64,000 nt of DNA from a virus (Duplodnaviria; Caudoviricetes): positions 1 to 64,000 of IMG/VR virus record IMGVR_UViG_3300031992_000074; one strand, given 5' to 3'. Under the pieces are notes generated by a model. That model saw only the letters and a list, made by a program, of their open reading frames with translations, did not search any database and was not told the origin of the DNA. Position numbers and translations under genes: made by a program. Positions 55,021-64,000 of the stretch are shown in pieces; position 1 is the first letter of the stretch, and the number at the start of each line of letters is the position of its first letter.

Positions 55021-55060
55021 TTGACAATCTCTTGACTAAAAATTATAATAATATTATAAG
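55021..55060 (+). promoter_or_regulatory. Overlapping pair of sigmaA promoters
   Basis: TTGACA 55021-17bp-TATAAT 55044, and TTGACT 55032-17bp-TATAAG 55055. Confidence 0.75.
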
Positions 55061-55137
55061 GGAGATTATTTACTTAATGGATTAAGTATAAAATTTTAAA
55101 CCTGTAAAAAAGTGGATATTCAAAAGAGGAAAAATTA

Positions 55138-55166
55138 TTGACAAAACTATTGACAAAGACTATAAT
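55138..55166 (+). promoter_or_regulatory. sigmaA consensus promoter with second internal TTGACA
   Basis: TTGACA 55138-17bp-TATAAT 55161; extra TTGACA at 55150. Confidence 0.75.
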
Positions 55167-55227
55167 AATAATGTAGGGAATAAAGATAAATGAATAAGTA
55201 TGTTTATATAGATTAGGAGTGATACTT

Positions 55228-56262
55228 ATGACTACTGCTGAAATAATACTTTTGACCTGTTTAATTGCAATATGTGGCTTAGTACTATTTTTAATAATTA
55301 AATGGGTTTTTACAATAAAAGAAAATCAAGAGTTAAAACAAAAGAATAAACAAGACAATAAACGAATTGAAGAATTATCTGTTCTCTTAAAAACTGAACA
55401 AGAAGTTAGTAAGGTACATTTTGATAAAACAGTCCAACTTTCATTAGAAAAGGCAGAACTACAATCGCGCGTAGATAAATTTAATATTAGTCAAGAGTGA
55501 CAAGAACAACATCAAAAAGAAATGGCGGTTATTGATAAGGCTATACAAGATAAAATGCTGGAATTACAATCTCTTGCTTCTGCTTGCGATACTACTAAGA
55601 AAGAAGTTGAAGAACTTAAATTAAATAAAGAACAACTTCAACATAAAGAATTGCAAGTTAAGTCAGATATTGAAAATTTAAAAGTACTATTACAACAAAA
55701 ACAAGCGGCATGAAGTGCGGTTGATAGGTTCGAAAAATGCGGCTTCGGAGATGAATTACCTTATATTGACTATGAAGAGTATTTTTCTAAAAATAACTTT
55801 GAAATTGTATTAAAATTGCTTGATGATTGTATTGAAGTGGCGCCGCAATTTAAGTCCGAGCTTAGAAAAATTGAGTGGAATTTATGTTATTTGCCTTATA
55901 AAAAAGGATTTATTAAAGATTTTAGCCGCAGTGGTATTTATATGCTTGAAGTTAAAAATAAATATGAAAATGATGTGTTAAGGGAATTGGGGCTAAAACG
56001 AATAGATAATGAAGGTAATATTGTTTATATAGGTCAAGCAGTTAATATCTATGATAGATGAACTACGCATATTAAGAAAATGCTTGGAATTGAGGCTAGT
56101 GGCGGAGAAAAATTATATAAATTTAAGCCACTAATGTTTAAATGAAAAGTAATTGAATGATGCGATAGTAGTGAATTAAATGAAAGAGAAAAATTTTGGA
56201 TTGATAGTTTTAAAAGTGATGAATTTGGATTAAATAGCAAAGGCGGAAATAAAAAAGACTAG
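55228..56262 (+). CDS. TM + coiled-coil + C-terminal GIY-YIG nuclease, 344 aa (5 TGA=Trp)
   Basis: N-terminal hydrophobic helix IILLTCLIAICGLVLFLII; SGIYML..VYIGQAVNIYDRW*TTH..LNEREKFWI..GLN. Confidence 0.8.
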
Positions 56263-56280
56263 TTGGTTTCTAGTCTTTTT
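56252..56280. terminator. Bidirectional intrinsic terminator
   Basis: AAAAAGACTAG-TTGGTTT-CTAGTCTTTTT at convergent gene ends. Confidence 0.8.
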
Positions 56281-56296
56281 ATTTTTATATTGTTTA

Positions 56297-57646
56297 TTAA
56301 TCTCAATAGCAAGAATATGTATAATAAGGATCTTTATAATGACCTCAATCAACTTCCATTTTTACTGTATCATCATATGAATATATTTCATTCCAATTAG
56401 TTGAATTATCATAAGTTAAACCAGTAATACATGATTGATCATCATTACCAGCACCTGTCTCTTCATAAGATCTAATTTGGAAACCGATATAGCGACTATC
56501 TGCAACTCATATTCTTCAATCATGGTCTCCATATTCACCAAAATCATTAATCCAAGTATTAGCATCTTCTGCATTTGGTAAATCACTCGGTATTGCAACT
56601 GGACCAAACCAATCATTATAACCATCATAAGGGAATTTCATTCTTACGTGAGTTGCTGAAGAAGACCTTCTAAATGCGTGATAACTTGTCCATCCTTGTC
56701 CATCTATATACATTCCATTACCATCAGTATTTGACGATAGATAACTACGATTAGGCTTACTAGTAGATGAATAATAAGTATCACTAACTCATTCATTTTC
56801 ATGATATGTTGCATCTACTTCTGCTCAAATATCTGTATTTTGTGTTATTTGTCTAGTTAGAGATGTACTTGTAGAGCCTCCATAAGTGAAATAAACTGAG
56901 TCGCTATTTTGTTTATATGTATAATTGCCTATTAATACACTACTACCAGAATTTAATGTACCTCTATTTGAACCATTTACATAATAAGTAACATCATAAG
57001 CACTTTGATTATGAAGTGTTAAACTATAATATCTTGTACTTCTAGTTGCAACACCAGAAATAGTCATTTCACCTGTTACTATAGCAGTAGGTATTGAAAT
57101 TGTGTTAAAAGCATATGTATAATAATTATCAGCAGGATTTACAATAAAAGTATATGTGTTATTATTTAATGTTATTGTTTGACCAGAATTAGTAATTGTT
57201 GTAAAATGCGGAACATTATATATACTTGTTATTGTTATATTGTTTGAATCTTTTCAATAGCCATAAGTACTTGATAATTCTATTGTATAAGTTTTTAATG
57301 TTGTAGTTGGAGAATAAGAATAAGGAAGACCTTCTTCTAAAGTTTCCGTTGTGTCTTCTATTGACTCATATCCGTCCGCTGCGGCCGCACTACATGTGAT
57401 TGTAGTTACACGAGGAATTTCGACTGTGCCGCTAGTTGTCGCCGCATCTACATAAGTTATATTATCATCACCAATTATTGTGATAGAAGCAATACCAGTA
57501 CCTATAGTATATGAAACGGTACAAGTATTTTTTCAAATTATAACTCCGTTTTTTTGAATCTTTTTTACTTTACCACGTATACTTTCACCATTTTTAATAT
57601 ATGGCATTTCTAAAGATTTAATATCTTTTAAATCATTAAGGTTCAT
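56297..57646 (-). CDS. Tail fibre/adhesin-like protein B2, 449 aa (8 TGA=Trp); paralog of 58373-59989
   Basis: One frame when TGA=W; T/S/Y-rich beta repeats; shares RSTRYYxLTxHN and GHY..YYTYSCxW with the paralog. Confidence 0.75.
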
Positions 57647-57661
57647 AAATAATACAACCTC

Positions 57662-58246
57662 CTATGCTTCAACTAAGAATAACTTGGTAAAATTTGTACC
57701 ATCTTCCATTGTAATTTCTCATTCTTCTTCTAGATACTTAAAAATTTCTTCAGTTGTTGCTTTAACTACATTTGTACCTACAATGATATTTCCGCCGCTT
57801 GCGATGGCAGATGTGACTTTATATGGCGTATTATTATAAATTAATATATCACCTACTGCATACGCTTTACTTGCTGTTTGTGTTAGCTCAACAGTTACAG
57901 TTTTATATGCGGACATCTCATCTAATAGTAATGTATCAAGCTGTTGTAATATATACACTTGATTTGCTTTACAAGTAAGTAGATAAGTTTTATCAGATTT
58001 TACTTGAATATAATAATCATATGTCTCACATAATGAATCTGTTGAATTAAATGATATATCATTGATTTGTTTAAAAGATATTATATTGTTTTCTGTATTA
58101 TATTTTACATAGATATTTTGTCCATATTTAATTATCGCTGAATCTTTTAAACACTCTTGATATTGTTCATCTGTTAAAGTTCCAGAAGCTGATTGTATTT
58201 CAATATATCCAAAAGGTTGTTCAATTGAATCATTTAATTGTTCCAT
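57662..58246 (-). CDS. Tail fibre-associated protein B1, 194 aa (1 TGA=Trp); paralog of 60008-61393
   Basis: GYIEIQSASGTLTDEQY N-motif; reads through TGA 57719 to EW*EITMEDGTNFTK. Confidence 0.7.
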
Positions 58247-58277
58247 AATAACACCTCTTTTGTTATTAATTTAAAAA

Positions 58278-58315
58278 TATATTAAGGGCACGGATTAAAA
58301 GGTACCCTTAATATT
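58278..58315. terminator. Inverted repeat separating the two fibre cassettes
   Basis: ATATTAAGGG...CCCTTAATAT around a 16 nt loop. Confidence 0.45.
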
Positions 58316-58372
58316 ATATGATGTTTAATTTAATATATTAATAATTCCAAGAATATAGGCTTTAATATTTTA

Positions 58373-59989
58373 TTAACTCCACCAACAAGAATAAGTATAA
58401 TATGCTTCTGTATAATGTCCATAGGCTAAATCTGTAAGTAAATTTCTCCAATTAGAAGGGTAATTACCAACAACCAATTGAACAGCTATATCATACCAAT
58501 CGCTATCACCATCACTATCATATTTTGCATAGAACCATATTCTCATATTTTGTCCATTAGAACACCATACAGTGTAATCAAATTCACTACCATAACTATC
58601 ACCGTTCATACCAGAAGGTAAGCCAGAAGGTAAAGGTGCTATATAATCAGTTCCATTATATGTGATTTTTATATGTGTTGATGGTGGAGTGTTATGTTCA
58701 ATAGGGTTCATAGTCCAAGAGTAATAATCATAATCATCTTCATCCCATCCTACACAACTTTCTGAACCGTGAATATAACCCCAATTACCTTTATTATTAT
58801 CTTCTGTATATCCATCAGGTCTGTTATCGACAACGAATTCAGATGGATGATATGTAGAACTTACATTAGCATATATGGTTTGATTACCATTCATAGTTAC
58901 ATACTTAGTTCCTCCAGATGTCCCAGAATAACTGAATGATACGCTTGCACTAGAACCGTAAGTATAACTACTACCATAAGTATAATCACCATATCCTCCA
59001 ACAGTTGCACCATTTCCTAATGTAATTGTATAACTAGAGTTATTATGAACTGTTAATGTGTAGTATCTTGTACTTCTTGATAAAGTTCTTGTTGTAGGCG
59101 AAGAACCACTAGTTCCAAATTCAAAACTTCCTTCTCCTGAATAACTATAACTATTTGTATCTTTATTACTTAAAGATATGCTATTTTTGTTTCTAGTTGA
59201 ATTTTCACAATATAAAGTTACAACTGTACCATAACTTGAAGATATAGAATAAGATTTATTTGAACTTGAATTTGTTACAACAGCTGTGCAGTATGAATTA
59301 TTAGTTATTCTACCTGCCGAAGAATCAACTGCTGTAATTATAGTTGAAGTTACTGAACTTATTGTAGTATTAACTCTAACATAATTATAGCCAGTTCCTG
59401 AACCTAACCATAAAGAGCCTAAACTATTTGTTGAAGAATAAGTACCACTTACACCAGTTATAATTCTATCATCTTTACTATAGTCAGCATACACTTTTCT
59501 TGAACGAATATAAATGTCTATAGAAAGTGAACTTGTATAATAATAATTATTATTAACCACACCATTTAAATTAAGAATTTGACTATTAGCATTAAATGTT
59601 AATGAGCCGTCTGTATGGGTAGTTCCATCATTTAAAACATATCTATAATAAGGAACGGCTGTTGCATTTATTGTTATGTTTCCAGTAACTGTTCCTGTAT
59701 AAGTTATAGTTCTATATCTTGTTACATTATCACAAGTGAAACCATCCCCTCCTGAACCACCACTATCATAACTTGTAAAACAATAACTAGAATTAGCAGT
59801 TAAGGTTACTGTATAACTTGTTCCTTCTTCATATGTTCCTGCTCCTGTGTAAGTAAAGCCATTACCTACAACTGTTATTGTGTATTCTTTAGTACCAGAC
59901 CAAATAATATTCCCATTACTATCTTGAATTTGTTTAACAGTACCTTCTGGTATAGTTATAGATTTTACTTTAGAGAAATCAAAACTCAT
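58373..59989 (-). CDS. Tail fibre/adhesin-like protein A2, 538 aa (11 TGG, no TGA)
   Basis: MSFDFSKVKSITIPEGTVKQI N-motif; S/T/Y/G-rich beta structure. Confidence 0.7.
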   Translation of the reverse strand: MSFDFSKVKSITIPEGTVKQIQDSNGNIIWSGTKEYTITVVGNGFTYTGAGTYEEGTSYTVTLTANSSYCFTSYDSGGSGGDGFTCDNVTRYRTITYTGTVTGNITINATAVPYYRYVLNDGTTHTDGSLTFNANSQILNLNGVVNNNYYYTSSLSIDIYIRSRKVYADYSKDDRIITGVSGTYSSTNSLGSLWLGSGTGYNYVRVNTTISSVTSTIITAVDSSAGRITNNSYCTAVVTNSSSNKSYSISSSYGTVVTLYCENSTRNKNSISLSNKDTNSYSYSGEGSFEFGTSGSSPTTRTLSRSTRYYTLTVHNNSSYTITLGNGATVGGYGDYTYGSSYTYGSSASVSFSYSGTSGGTKYVTMNGNQTIYANVSSTYHPSEFVVDNRPDGYTEDNNKGNWGYIHGSESCVGWDEDDYDYYSWTMNPIEHNTPPSTHIKITYNGTDYIAPLPSGLPSGMNGDSYGSEFDYTVWCSNGQNMRIWFYAKYDSDGDSDWYDIAVQLVVGNYPSNWRNLLTDLAYGHYTEAYYTYSCWWS

Positions 59990-60007
59990 ATTTAATTCCT
60001 CCTTTTA

Positions 60008-61393
60008 TTAATTATCTAACAATAAAATTGTCTTTGTAACAGTAGAAGTTACTCCATTATTTTCAACTGTAAATGTCCAAGTTTCGCTTGAAACTGAAGT
60101 TCCATCGATTTTTAAACCTACTGTATCTATACCTGTAGATGTTACCTTTGCTACTTGTTCGCCTTCAATACCTAGTTCTATGCTAGGATTAGTTGCAGAG
60201 TCGCGTAGATAAATATGATTATTATCACTGGTAGCTATCTCAATTTCATCAGGATATTCTTGACCAATACGAAGATAATTTGTCCTTGATGTTCCTTGTT
60301 GTGTACCATAGTATTTTCTAGCCTCTATCCAAGGATCACCATCTATATCTAATGAATAAGAACAAACAGTTTCACCAGTAGTTTTATTATAATTATTTTC
60401 TAAGCTAAGGCCATTATTATCTGCCCACATTTCTGTTTTATAAATATTATTTGATGAGCTTTCTGTTTTTCCAGTTTGGAAACAATAATCAGAACTATCA
60501 TAACTAGTAAGTAAAGCATGTTTATAACTGTTAGTTCCTGAAGTATTAGAATATAATTCAAGATATACATCCGTATCAGCATTTTTAATGTATGATACAT
60601 TTTCTACTGTTCCTACACTTAGGCTTCCACTTATTGTTTGATTAGCTGTAAATGTATTGGCATTATTTTTGTATGCAACATTAGTCATAGATGGAATATC
60701 ACTCATAGTTGCTATTTTATTTGTTGAAGCATCATAAATACCATTAGTTTGTAATGTTGCTACTTTATTATTTACTATACTTGTAGTTCCTATTTTTACA
60801 TCAGTTACTGGAATGTCACTTGAAGTAATAAATCCTGCACCATTAGTTAAATCATTTGTATCTGCTGGTATTGTTGGTTTATTAGATAGGTTATTATAGT
60901 TTAAATAATAACTAGCATTTTGATTATTTAATTTAGTTGAATTTGCTGCAGTACCAGAAGTAGTTAAATAAGTATTAGTATCAATAGTTCCATCATTTTT
61001 TACTAAACCACTTGTAGATGATTTCTCAATAAAATTACTTACTAAGTTATTAATCTTAGTATAGTTATATGTACTACTTGAAGAATTAGTAATTGCATAT
61101 GCTTTGGTTGAATGTGTCACTTCACATTTTATTTTATTTGTCGTTATATAATCTCCAGAATTTGAAATATCAATTGATACAAACTCAATAAAATAATTAT
61201 CATCATTACTAATTTTATATAACCAAGATGCACCATCTAAATTTATAACGCAATAAGGTTTTAATGCTTCGGCATATTGTTCATTAGTTAATTTTCCACT
61301 AGTGCTCGTTAATTCAATATAACCTACTCTATTATCTTTTATATTTCTTGCCTCGGTATCACCAGGCAATTTAATTTTTGAAATATTCGCCAT
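60008..61393 (-). CDS. Tail fibre-like protein A1, 461 aa (no TGA)
   Basis: GYIELTSTSGKLTNEQY, YNNLSNKPTIP..TNDLTNGAGFIT fibre motifs, C-terminal SETWTFTVEN. Confidence 0.7.
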   Translation of the reverse strand: MANISKIKLPGDTEARNIKDNRVGYIELTSTSGKLTNEQYAEALKPYCVINLDGASWLYKISNDDNYFIEFVSIDISNSGDYITTNKIKCEVTHSTKAYAITNSSSSTYNYTKINNLVSNFIEKSSTSGLVKNDGTIDTNTYLTTSGTAANSTKLNNQNASYYLNYNNLSNKPTIPADTNDLTNGAGFITSSDIPVTDVKIGTTSIVNNKVATLQTNGIYDASTNKIATMSDIPSMTNVAYKNNANTFTANQTISGSLSVGTVENVSYIKNADTDVYLELYSNTSGTNSYKHALLTSYDSSDYCFQTGKTESSSNNIYKTEMWADNNGLSLENNYNKTTGETVCSYSLDIDGDPWIEARKYYGTQQGTSRTNYLRIGQEYPDEIEIATSDNNHIYLRDSATNPSIELGIEGEQVAKVTSTGIDTVGLKIDGTSVSSETWTFTVENNGVTSTVTKTILLLDN

Positions 61394-61419
61394 TTATTAA
61401 CCTCCGTAATTAAATGATT

Positions 61420-61443
61420 GGTAGGGAATATTATATCCCTACC
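61420..61443 (-). terminator. Intrinsic terminator
   Basis: GGTAGGGA-ATATTATA-TCCCTACC perfect 8 bp stem. Confidence 0.7.
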
Positions 61444-61481
61444 TTTCATTAAGATTAATATTTTTTATTTTTATTTTATTA

Positions 61482-62918
61482 TTATTCAGATGCATCTGCG
61501 CTTACTGTAATAGTTACTGCACTACCTGTGAATGTAGGAGTAGTTGTTGTTGTAGTAGGTAAGCTATTTGCAACGAATGTATCTTCACCTTGTTCAAATG
61601 AAGGTAATGTACCAGGATTGAAGAAATCTGAACCAATTGATGCAGGAGTGAAATCAAATGTAATTGAACTTACTTCTTGTGAAGTGTAATTTACATTTCC
61701 AGAAACTTCTGCCCAAATATCACTTTCTGATATATATGGGAAGTTAGCATCTGCTGTATCATAAGAATCTGTTCCTTGAGTAAATGAAGGTAATGTTCCT
61801 TGAGTAAATGCACCTTCAGTGAATGAAGGTAATGTACCTGGATTGAATGATCCTTCTGTAAAGCTTGGTAATGTACCTTGACTAAATGTTGTAGAAGGAG
61901 TTAAAGCAGTACCAGGAGTTGCAGCACTAAATACTAACATTTCATCATCACTAGCATCAACTGCTACTGTAACACCAGTTGTTGCAAAAGTTCCGCTTGA
62001 AGGTGTAAATACAGGCAATGTACCGGCTGAGAATGTATCTGCAGTTTTACTTGGTAATGTACCAGCAGTAAATGTATCTGAAGCTTTAGTTGGCAATGTA
62101 CCAGCTGAGAATGTATCTTCGCCTTGTGAGAATGATGGCCATGTACCGCCATATAAGAAGCCTTCGCCAACATGTATGTCAGCGCTTAAATTTTCTAATT
62201 CAACTGAACCATCTGTTAAAACAACAGAAACATTAGTTAAATCACCACCATCAAATTCACTTTCATCAATAGATGGTAGAGTACCTTCATCGAATGAGTC
62301 AGTTCCTTGAGTGAATGAAGCAGAAGTACCAACAGTACTAATTGTAGTAAATGGTGAAATTGTACCTGTTGGAGTATAGCTTGTTGAAGCTGTATCAGCA
62401 TCTGCTAAATCACCAAAAGTGTGAACGTCAGTAGTTGAATTATCTTTAGTTTTAGTTAAAGTGTGAGTACTATCTACATAATTAATATCAGTTAAATAAT
62501 CACTTAAATCTACTTGAGTTGAACCGATTTGTTCGTTAGTGTATCTTTGAGCAGCTTCTTCTCCATTATCAACAGTAATATATTCTAGATAAGTACCTGC
62601 GGCAGCTTGTGCATCTGCAATTAAATAAATAACATACATTGTTTCTGCACTTGGTGTAGGTAAAGTTGTAACTACTTCATAGCTAAAAGCGTGAACTCCT
62701 GCAACTGCAGCATCAACATAAGATTTAATATTTTGAGAATAAACGAATTTGTCTTGTTCGTTCATTGCTCCGATTTGACCTTTAATTATATCTTCATTGA
62801 AACCTTCAACAATTTTTCTAAGGTCTGCATCCTTTAAATACTTGACGTCATTTGCGCCTTCGCCAAGTTTAATTTTTGATAAGACATTATCATGTCCATA
62901 ATTTGGTGTCCAAGACAT
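61482..62918 (-). CDS. Repeat-rich fibre-like structural protein, 478 aa
   Basis: Acidic, T/S/F-rich; EYIT..EQIGSTQVDLSDY motif; about ten GTLP(S/T/V) repeats. Confidence 0.7.
   Translation of the reverse strand: MSWTPNYGHDNVLSKIKLGEGANDVKYLKDADLRKIVEGFNEDIIKGQIGAMNEQDKFVYSQNIKSYVDAAVAGVHAFSYEVVTTLPTPSAETMYVIYLIADAQAAAGTYLEYITVDNGEEAAQRYTNEQIGSTQVDLSDYLTDINYVDSTHTLTKTKDNSTTDVHTFGDLADADTASTSYTPTGTISPFTTISTVGTSASFTQGTDSFDEGTLPSIDESEFDGGDLTNVSVVLTDGSVELENLSADIHVGEGFLYGGTWPSFSQGEDTFSAGTLPTKASDTFTAGTLPSKTADTFSAGTLPVFTPSSGTFATTGVTVAVDASDDEMLVFSAATPGTALTPSTTFSQGTLPSFTEGSFNPGTLPSFTEGAFTQGTLPSFTQGTDSYDTADANFPYISESDIWAEVSGNVNYTSQEVSSITFDFTPASIGSDFFNPGTLPSFEQGEDTFVANSLPTTTTTTPTFTGSAVTITVSADASE
61600..62330 (-). 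repeat. GTLPSFxxG / GTLPSKxxDTFxA intragenic repeats
   Basis: Recurrent GGTAATGTACC / GGCAATGTACC on the + strand at about 30-39 nt spacing. Confidence 0.75.
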
Positions 62919-62982
62919 ATTTTTTATAGCCTCCGAAAATTTTCTTGTTTTTATTTTTATAATAATCCTTTTTTAGGAATTA

Positions 62983-63486
62983 TTATCACGGTTTATTTAA
63001 TACTAAACACTCAGAATCTTCTTCATTCATTGTAAAATTAATTTCATCAATAGCATCTGTAACTGCTTTTTGAGTCATCGCACCGTCTGTGTTTTGACCA
63101 TGAATTGTATATAATTTTACATTTGTATTTAATATTGTAAATCTACCTATTGCTTTGAAATAATATACGTTGCCAGTTGGCAAGTCTTTATATAATTTTG
63201 TTAATCATTCAGTTAATTTCTGTTTAGTCGGATCATCTAATGGTTTATCATAAAAAGATTGAGTTACACTGTCGTAATACCCTTCTATGACAAGTTGATC
63301 ATTAACTTCACCACCAAAGTATGGTAAATCAATATAATTATTAATACCATCACCTATTTTCATTCGATTAGTATCTGTTTCTCAAACAGGTTCACCTTTT
63401 AATGGTTTCTTTGTACCAACTAAAACTTGATTTAAAGCGGTTTTTTCACCTCTTTTTAATTGAATAGAAGTTATTATATTACTCAA
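62983..63486 (-). CDS. Fibre-base-like protein (Mtd-N/hyaluronidase-N-like motif), ~167 aa (TTG start, 3 TGA)
   Basis: IQLKRGE..GEPVW*ETDTNRMKIGDG..YIDLPY; HGQNTDGAMTQKAVT; GGAGGTG RBS. Confidence 0.65.
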
Positions 63487-63859
63487 TTGTAATTTCACCT
63501 CCATCAACTAATAGAGTATCAATTTGTCCTTTAATATCATCAATATCATCTTCTATATTGTCAATTTTTTGATCTTCTGCATCAAATTTGTCATCAATAG
63601 AATCTTTACTATAGTAAGGATCTAAACCTCCTATGTAAACAAAATTATTATTTGTTCATTTATAATAAGATTGTCCATCATCGTGGTCTTCATCAACTAA
63701 TACTTTAACTATATCATTATCAGTAAGTTTTGAAGTATCATAATTGTCTAAATCACTTTTACTTTGTACGATATCGGCAACATCGGGATTATTTTTGAAC
63801 TCATCTAATGAATGCTTTGCACTTCCGGCTAATGCTCTTGCGATATAATCAATTGCCAT
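63479..63859 (-). CDS. Tail-fibre-associated hypothetical protein, 126 aa (1 TGA=Trp)
   Basis: DVADIV..DIVKVLVDE..SYYKW*TNNNFVYIG; continues to TAA 63479. Confidence 0.65.
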
Positions 63860-63875
63860 TTTTTATCACCCCATA

Positions 63876-64000
63876 TTAATCCACTTTTTGGATTGATATA
63901 GTTGCGACGTTAATTTTACTAATATCTGCAACATTGAAACGGAATCGCTTTGTTCCCGCAACTGAAATGTAATAAATGCCATTTTCAGTAATTTTATCTA
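63876..64000 (-). CDS. 3' end of a gene entering from beyond the window
   Basis: Open frame ..DKITENGIYYISVAGTKRFRF..QKVD-TAA. Confidence 0.5.
   Translation of the reverse strand, partial: DKITENGIYYISVAGTKRFRFNVADISKINVATISIQKVD

Noticed and set aside
25225-57646. Fragmented ORFs read as pseudogenes, frameshifts or a decayed prophage
   Set aside because: All fragments of each gene lie in one frame and are separated only by TGA, often at conserved Trp sites. No frameshift or in-frame TAA/TAG was needed in any gene I traced.
56297-61393. Diversity-generating retroelement or invertible shufflon acting on the fibre paralogs
   Set aside because: No reverse transcriptase or recombinase in the window, no near-identical TR/VR pair differing at adenines, and no flanking inverted crossover sites. 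The paralogs are similar mainly at protein level.
23878-62173. Further shadow ORFs (23878-24081, 25496-25678, 28921-29115, 32225-32413, 33620-33808, 41622-41843, 46599-46856, 48166-48357, 49772-50041, 52946-53188, 54221-54557, 56049-56240, 56416-56628, 60400-60600, 61964-62173)
   Set aside because: They overlap longer code-4 genes in another frame or strand and have no independent support.
61600-62330. CRISPR array
   Set aside because: Repeats are degenerate, codon-phased and inside an ORF, with no unique spacers or cas genes.
3048-63859. Other recodings: TGA=Gly (code 25), TGA=Sec, TAG=Gln (code 15)
   Set aside because: TGA aligns with Trp in NrdG, PFL, RuvC and GIY-YIG motifs and with TGG in paralogs. 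TAG behaves as a real stop before the next RBS or start (3029, 3779, 16284, 17368, 53944).
1-64000. Bacterial chromosome segment (gyrA/B, dnaE, dnaG, pflB)
   Set aside because: The genes are divergent phage-type versions linked to a full terminase-portal-capsid-tail module, with no ribosomal or other housekeeping context.

Overview
A 64 kb, strongly AT-rich slice of a large tailed phage. It looks siphovirus-like, with an SPbeta-type gene repertoire, and is probably from an anaerobic Firmicutes/Bacillota-type host. The ORF track looks shattered because TGA is read as Trp (genetic code 4). Translating TGA as W joins the fragments into about 26 full-length genes (about 108 in-frame TGAs by hand count), and many of those TGAs sit at conserved Trp positions. 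The recoding is not uniform. The + strand replication block 6492-23474 (thyX, type II topoisomerase B/A, SSB, AAA ATPase, helicase, primase, RecJ, DnaE) has 48 TGG and 0 TGA Trp codons, and nrdD is also TGA-free. In contrast nrdG, PFL, the DnaQ proofreader, the resolvase, holin, packaging, head and most tail genes carry TGAs. Layout: (1) nucleotide/anaerobic metabolism operon nrdD-nrdG-glycyl-radical domain-PFL body-thyX; (2) replication module driven by consensus sigmaA promoters; (3) - strand lysis/tail/head/packaging module 25225-54954; (4) a divergent membrane-anchored GIY-YIG nuclease; (5) a duplicated two-gene tail-fibre-like cassette, one copy TGA-free and one TGA-containing, plus further fibre-like genes. 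No tRNA, release factor, integrase, endolysin, CRISPR array or IS was recognised. All counts are by hand and all product calls are by motif recognition, without database searches.
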